Shown here piece by piece: positions 59,951 through 64,000 of a stretch of DNA of 64,000 nt. Numbering within the stretch: the stretch's first letter is position 1; each line of letters opens with the position of its first letter. Made by a program: the position numbers and the translations under genes. Source of the stretch: the human T2T-CHM13v2.0 reference genome, Homo sapiens. A model generated the notes under the pieces. That model worked only from the letters and a program-made list of their open reading frames with translations, was not told the origin of the DNA and ran no database searches. The stretch is taken from NCBI RefSeq assembly GCF_009914755.1, contig NC_060935.1; one strand, written 5' to 3'.

Positions 59951-60248
59951 CTTATAATTTTTACGATTTGCAGTATAAGTGTAGCCTGCAGCTTATCTCA
60001 CTGAAGGATCTTGTACCATTGCAATACCTTTATTCAAAAATATCTCCCCCATTCACTCTTCTGCCCACTTCAATTTGGTGTCCCCTATACCATCCAAACT
60101 GCCCTCGTAAGGTTACCAACTTCCTCCATGTTGAAAAGTTAGTGAGAGTTCTTAGCCCTGATCTCATTAGACTCCTCAATACATTTTAATTTAATTAACA
60201 CTGGCCTTACTCTTTTCTCTTACTTCTTGTGACAGCCTAGTGTCCTTC
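59951..60248 (+). repeat. Dispersed duplication, copy B (continues into L2 remnant)
   Basis: Colinear with 56454-56741, roughly 80% identical by eye. Confidence 0.92.
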
Positions 60249-60411
60249 TCTTCCTCCTACTTCTCTCATTTCTCTTTTCTATTCTCTTCTACTGGTCCTT
60301 CTGCTCCTACCAGAATGAACCTGGTAGGATCCTTTCAGGTCTCCACTCTGAGACATTTTTCTTCTCTTTCATAATGATTTCATTTGAATCATCTAGAATC
60401 TGATGTGAAGG

Positions 60412-60800
60412 CTCCAAAGAATATATATATTATATATATATAATTATATATTTTATATAATTATATATAATATATTATATATATAATATATTATATATAA
60501 TATATATAATATATAATATATATATTATATATAATATATATAATATATAATATATTATATATATTTGATATAATATATATTATATTATATATAATATGTA
60601 TATATATATATATATAATTATATATAATATATATTGTATTTATATATAATATAATATATAATATATATTGTATTTATATATAATATATAATTATATATAT
60701 TATATATATATTTATGTATTTATATATTATATATATAATTATATATATATTCTCCAAAGAATATAATATATATATTCTTTGGAGATTATATATCTTTGAG

Positions 60801-60838
<38 letters not shown>

Positions 60839-60847
60839 CTCAAAGAT
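60412..60847. repeat. Palindromic AT-rich repeat
   Basis: ~330 bp of (TA)-rich sequence followed by two hairpins (60751-60785 and 60792-60847). Confidence 0.95.
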
Positions 60848-61094
60848 TTTTCTTCTGTGTTTCAACTCAAATATGCGATCTCCAGGGTGATATAGTCCAT
60901 CCTTGTATTTAAGGTTGTTCATGATAAAATCAGCCAGTCAATATTTCATGTTAGAAAATTGTCCCTCTTCTTTGTGTCCAGTTGGTCCCCCAATCCTGTC
61001 AGTCCTATACCATCTATGTCTTGAATTAGTTTGTGCTCCCTCCTACTTCTTAGTACCCATACCCTGGTATAGGTCTTTGTCCTTATTACCATAG

Positions 61095-61532
61095 GCATGT
61101 TTCCTGGAGACACAGACCTGGAGATGGAGATTAGCAATTAGCACACAGGTACTTGACTGGAAATGCTTTTGGTATCACCACCTTGGGAGGGAGTGGACAG
61201 AAGCAGGGCTGGGCAGGAGGAGAAGCTGAATCTCAATGCAGTCCCAACTTGGGCTGCAGGGAACTCCATTAAAACCTGGGATGGTCCTTCAGACTTGTTC
61301 CAAGTTGGGGGTGGAGAAGCTGAGCTTTTCTACACCACGCTGAACAGATGTTAGATGTGAGTTGGTTGTGGAAGAGGGTGTGACATTGGCCACAGTAGTT
61401 TTCTTAGCCAAGGCAATTCTCAAAAAAGGCTGACAGCTGAGGCCTGTCTTTTGGAAGCACTCCCAGCTGCTGAGGGCACAAGTTCTTGGTCCCTAAAGGG
61501 GAATCTGGGTGGCACATCCTACTGTCCATAAC
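61095..61532 (-). mobile_element. LTR16-like ERVL solo LTR
   Basis: gcagggctgggcagg...gaagctgaa...atgcagtc...gggatggtccttcaga...gaatctgggtggcaca...ccataaca. Confidence 0.6.
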
Positions 61533-61935
61533 ACTTGTTTTCTGAGTCACTGAAGTAACCTCCTTCCCAGCTGGTCTCGCTGAGCTCCCAGCTTCCCCTC
61601 CCCTCCAAACCCATTCTCACACAGCTGCTGGAATGAACCTTTAAAAATATATTTGATTGTATCACTTCAGTGGCTTCCCATTGCCTTCCAACTAAAAAGC
61701 TGAAGCCTATTGACAGTATGGTATAAAGCTCCTTCAGAGTTTGTCACTTACCTTCGTCACAAGTGCATCCATACCTCTCACCACAACCACGTTCCAGCCA
61801 TGTGCAAATGCTTGTCATTTTCCTAAACTTTGCATTGTTTTTTACATTCCTGTGCATTTAAACATTCCGCTGTGTCTGGTACTAATAATATTCTTCACTT
61901 CTCCACCTGACTATCTCCTATTCCCTCCTTTAAAG

Positions 61936-62271
61936 TTCAGCTGGGACACCATCTTCCCTAGTGAATCTTACCTACCTTCCATATTCAGCTGGGGCACCAT
62001 CTTCCCTAGTGAATCTTACCTACCTTCCATATTCAGCTGGGGCACCATCTTCCCTAGTGAATCTTACCTACCTTCCATATTCAGCTAGGGCACCATCTTC
62101 CCTGGTGAATCTTACGTACCTTCCATATTCAGCTGGGACACCATCTTCCCTGGTGAATCTTACATACCTTCCATATTCAGCTAGGGCACCATCTTCCCTG
62201 GTGACTCTTATCTACCTTCCATATTCAGCTAGGGCACCATCTTCCCTAGTGAATCTTACCTACTTTCCATA
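61936..62271 (+). repeat. Minisatellite/VNTR, 7 x 48 bp
   Basis: Unit TTCAGCTRGGRCACCATCTTCCCTRGTGAATCTTACCTACCTTCCATA starting at 61936, 61984, 62032, 62080, 62128, 62176 and 62224. Confidence 0.97.
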
Positions 62272-62659
62272 TATGATCAAATGCTCCTCCTCTGTGCTCT
62301 CATAGCCCATTCTGATGACCTCTTTCATTGCACCTATTGCAATATATTTTGTCCCTGTTTGTCTAATTCCTTTGATGCACTGAAATCTCCTCAGGGCCAG
62401 GGACTAAGTCTTTTCAACTTTGTGTAGCTTAATAAAGTTCATACCTCCTATTTATTTTTTGAATTAATTATCTCCCTTACCCCTGCCATGAATAAAGAGG
62501 TCATAACCATAGTGAGCTGAACCCACAGGTAGATTGGCAATGCAACATGACATTTCTCTAGAGGCAGTTCAATTTTGCGTGAACCAACTATTTTGAGCAC
62601 ATCAAACAATGCTTCGTGAAGCCAGACCCAGGCAGAGTATTCGGGGTCCCAAGAAGACT

Positions 62660-62830
62660 GCACATTGTGGTGAAGAAAGATACAGGATTTTGAGCCAGAA
62701 GATCTGGTATCATTTCCTCCTTTTCATTTATTAGTAATGTGACTTGGCAAGTCAGTCAACTTCTCTGGCTCCTTGTAAACGAATCTTTAACACAGTGGGA
62801 TTGTACTACATCATCCCTCAGTCTTTATAA
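62660..62830. mobile_element. MIR remnant
   Basis: ttttgagccagaagatctgg...tgtgacttggcaagtcagtcaacttctctgg. Confidence 0.6.
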
Positions 62831-64000
62831 AGTCTGATGGTTGGATCTTTTGTCCAGCAAATGTGTGACTGTCCTCTGCAAAGTTCCATTCTGAACTCAA
62901 CTCTCAATTACAGATTCCTGTTTTGTCTTGTTCTATGTGGGTATTGCTCCTATCTGATATGACAACTCTGGAGTGCTTCTCTCTCCACTCAGCCAGTCTC
63001 TTCTAGAGAGAGGCCATATACATCTCTGAATTCCAGATAGACCATTTACTGGTGGAAAAGACACAGCAGCTGTCCTATGATGGCCTGAAACACCTCAGGT
63101 CCCAGGAAGTGTAGGCAGAAACTCTATAGATCTGCAGTATTACCAAGAGCTCTCTGGATGACACTAGAGATGGCAAGTTTTCACTGCAGACACTTGCAGA
63201 CGCTCTCTCTCCCAGGGAAATCTTATGTCTGTTAGATTTCCATAGCATTCATGGAAACTGACATGCATTGAAAACTCAATAAATAAGAAATTACAGTCAC
63301 TTTTGATTCCATTCCATAATTAAAGGAGAAGGGTAATTTATAACTCCAATTACTGAAATGTTCACTATATTTTTACATTTAAAATAATTTGAAAATATAA
63401 ATACAACATATATTCCAAACCCAATGCTCTATTTGTTTGCCACTATATATAATGCATATGGCACATGGACCACCTTTCCCTTAAATTTTTAAAAATAGGG
63501 AAAATTTTTACAGATAGGGAAATCGAGAACCAAAAATGTATGCATTTTGCCTCGTGTCTTGGTGTTTGTTATGACAGAGTTGGGAATATTTCAAGTTAGT
63601 AACATGAAGTGCACTAATGGGTATGTATTCTTTCCTTAGACTTTTTCTCTTTCTTTGGGAAAACAATCCTTAAATAACTTTGGTCCAGCAGATTGCAAAA
63701 CATGTTTTTGGCTGCGTAGTTTGCGTATCGCTTGAAAGCACAATTCTTGTAAAGATAAAAGTTATTAGGAAATAAAATTCTGCTCTTGATTCGCTTGACA
63801 TCATTGTAACAATGTCATGGGGTCTTCTGATCACACACAAGTGTCATTGTTTATGTTTAACAGTATTTGAGTCTAATGAAGGGGCCGTCTACAAAGTGTC
63901 TGCACCTGAGCCTGGGGGTTACTATGTCTCTCCTCTTTACTGCAAAATGTCTCTATGTTGGCTGTGTCTAGCTCTGCCAAGTGAGTAAGTGAAGCCTGCA

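Noticed and set aside
60674-60922. 82-aa I/Y-rich ORF
   Set aside because: Translation of the (TA)n repeat.
61936-62271. CRISPR-like array or repetitive protein (ORFs 61741-62088 and 61961-62305)
   Set aside because: Units are head-to-tail with no unique spacers, there are no cas genes, and the DNA is human. The ORFs stay open only because 48 is divisible by 3.

Overview
Human genomic DNA: two human-specific AluYb9 elements are present. The window is AT-rich, intergenic or intronic, and dominated by repeats. I see no cellular protein-coding gene, RNA gene or CRISPR array; the short ORFs in the track are translations of repeats or chance ORFs. The main element is a full-length 6.05-kb L1PA2/L1PA3-type LINE-1 (48129-54181, + strand, 15-bp TSD). 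Its ORF1 and ORF2 are disabled, but the 5'UTR, antisense promoter and ORF0 are intact, and it sits inside CpG- and motif-rich unique DNA. Other content: a THE1 MaLR provirus with two discordant LTRs and no TSD, several solo LTRs, Tigger and hAT MITEs nested in old L1s, about 12 Alus, a 7x48-bp VNTR, a palindromic AT-rich repeat, a 218-bp micro-inversion, a dispersed ~290-bp duplication, a strong CTCF motif and candidate minus-strand non-coding exons. I cannot support a wholly new biological system. The best leads are an L1 antisense-promoter/ORF0 transcript running leftward, the recombinant THE1, and a recurring set of fold-back/template-switch scars. Repeat subfamily names come from my recall of consensus sequences, and boundaries of old repeats are approximate.
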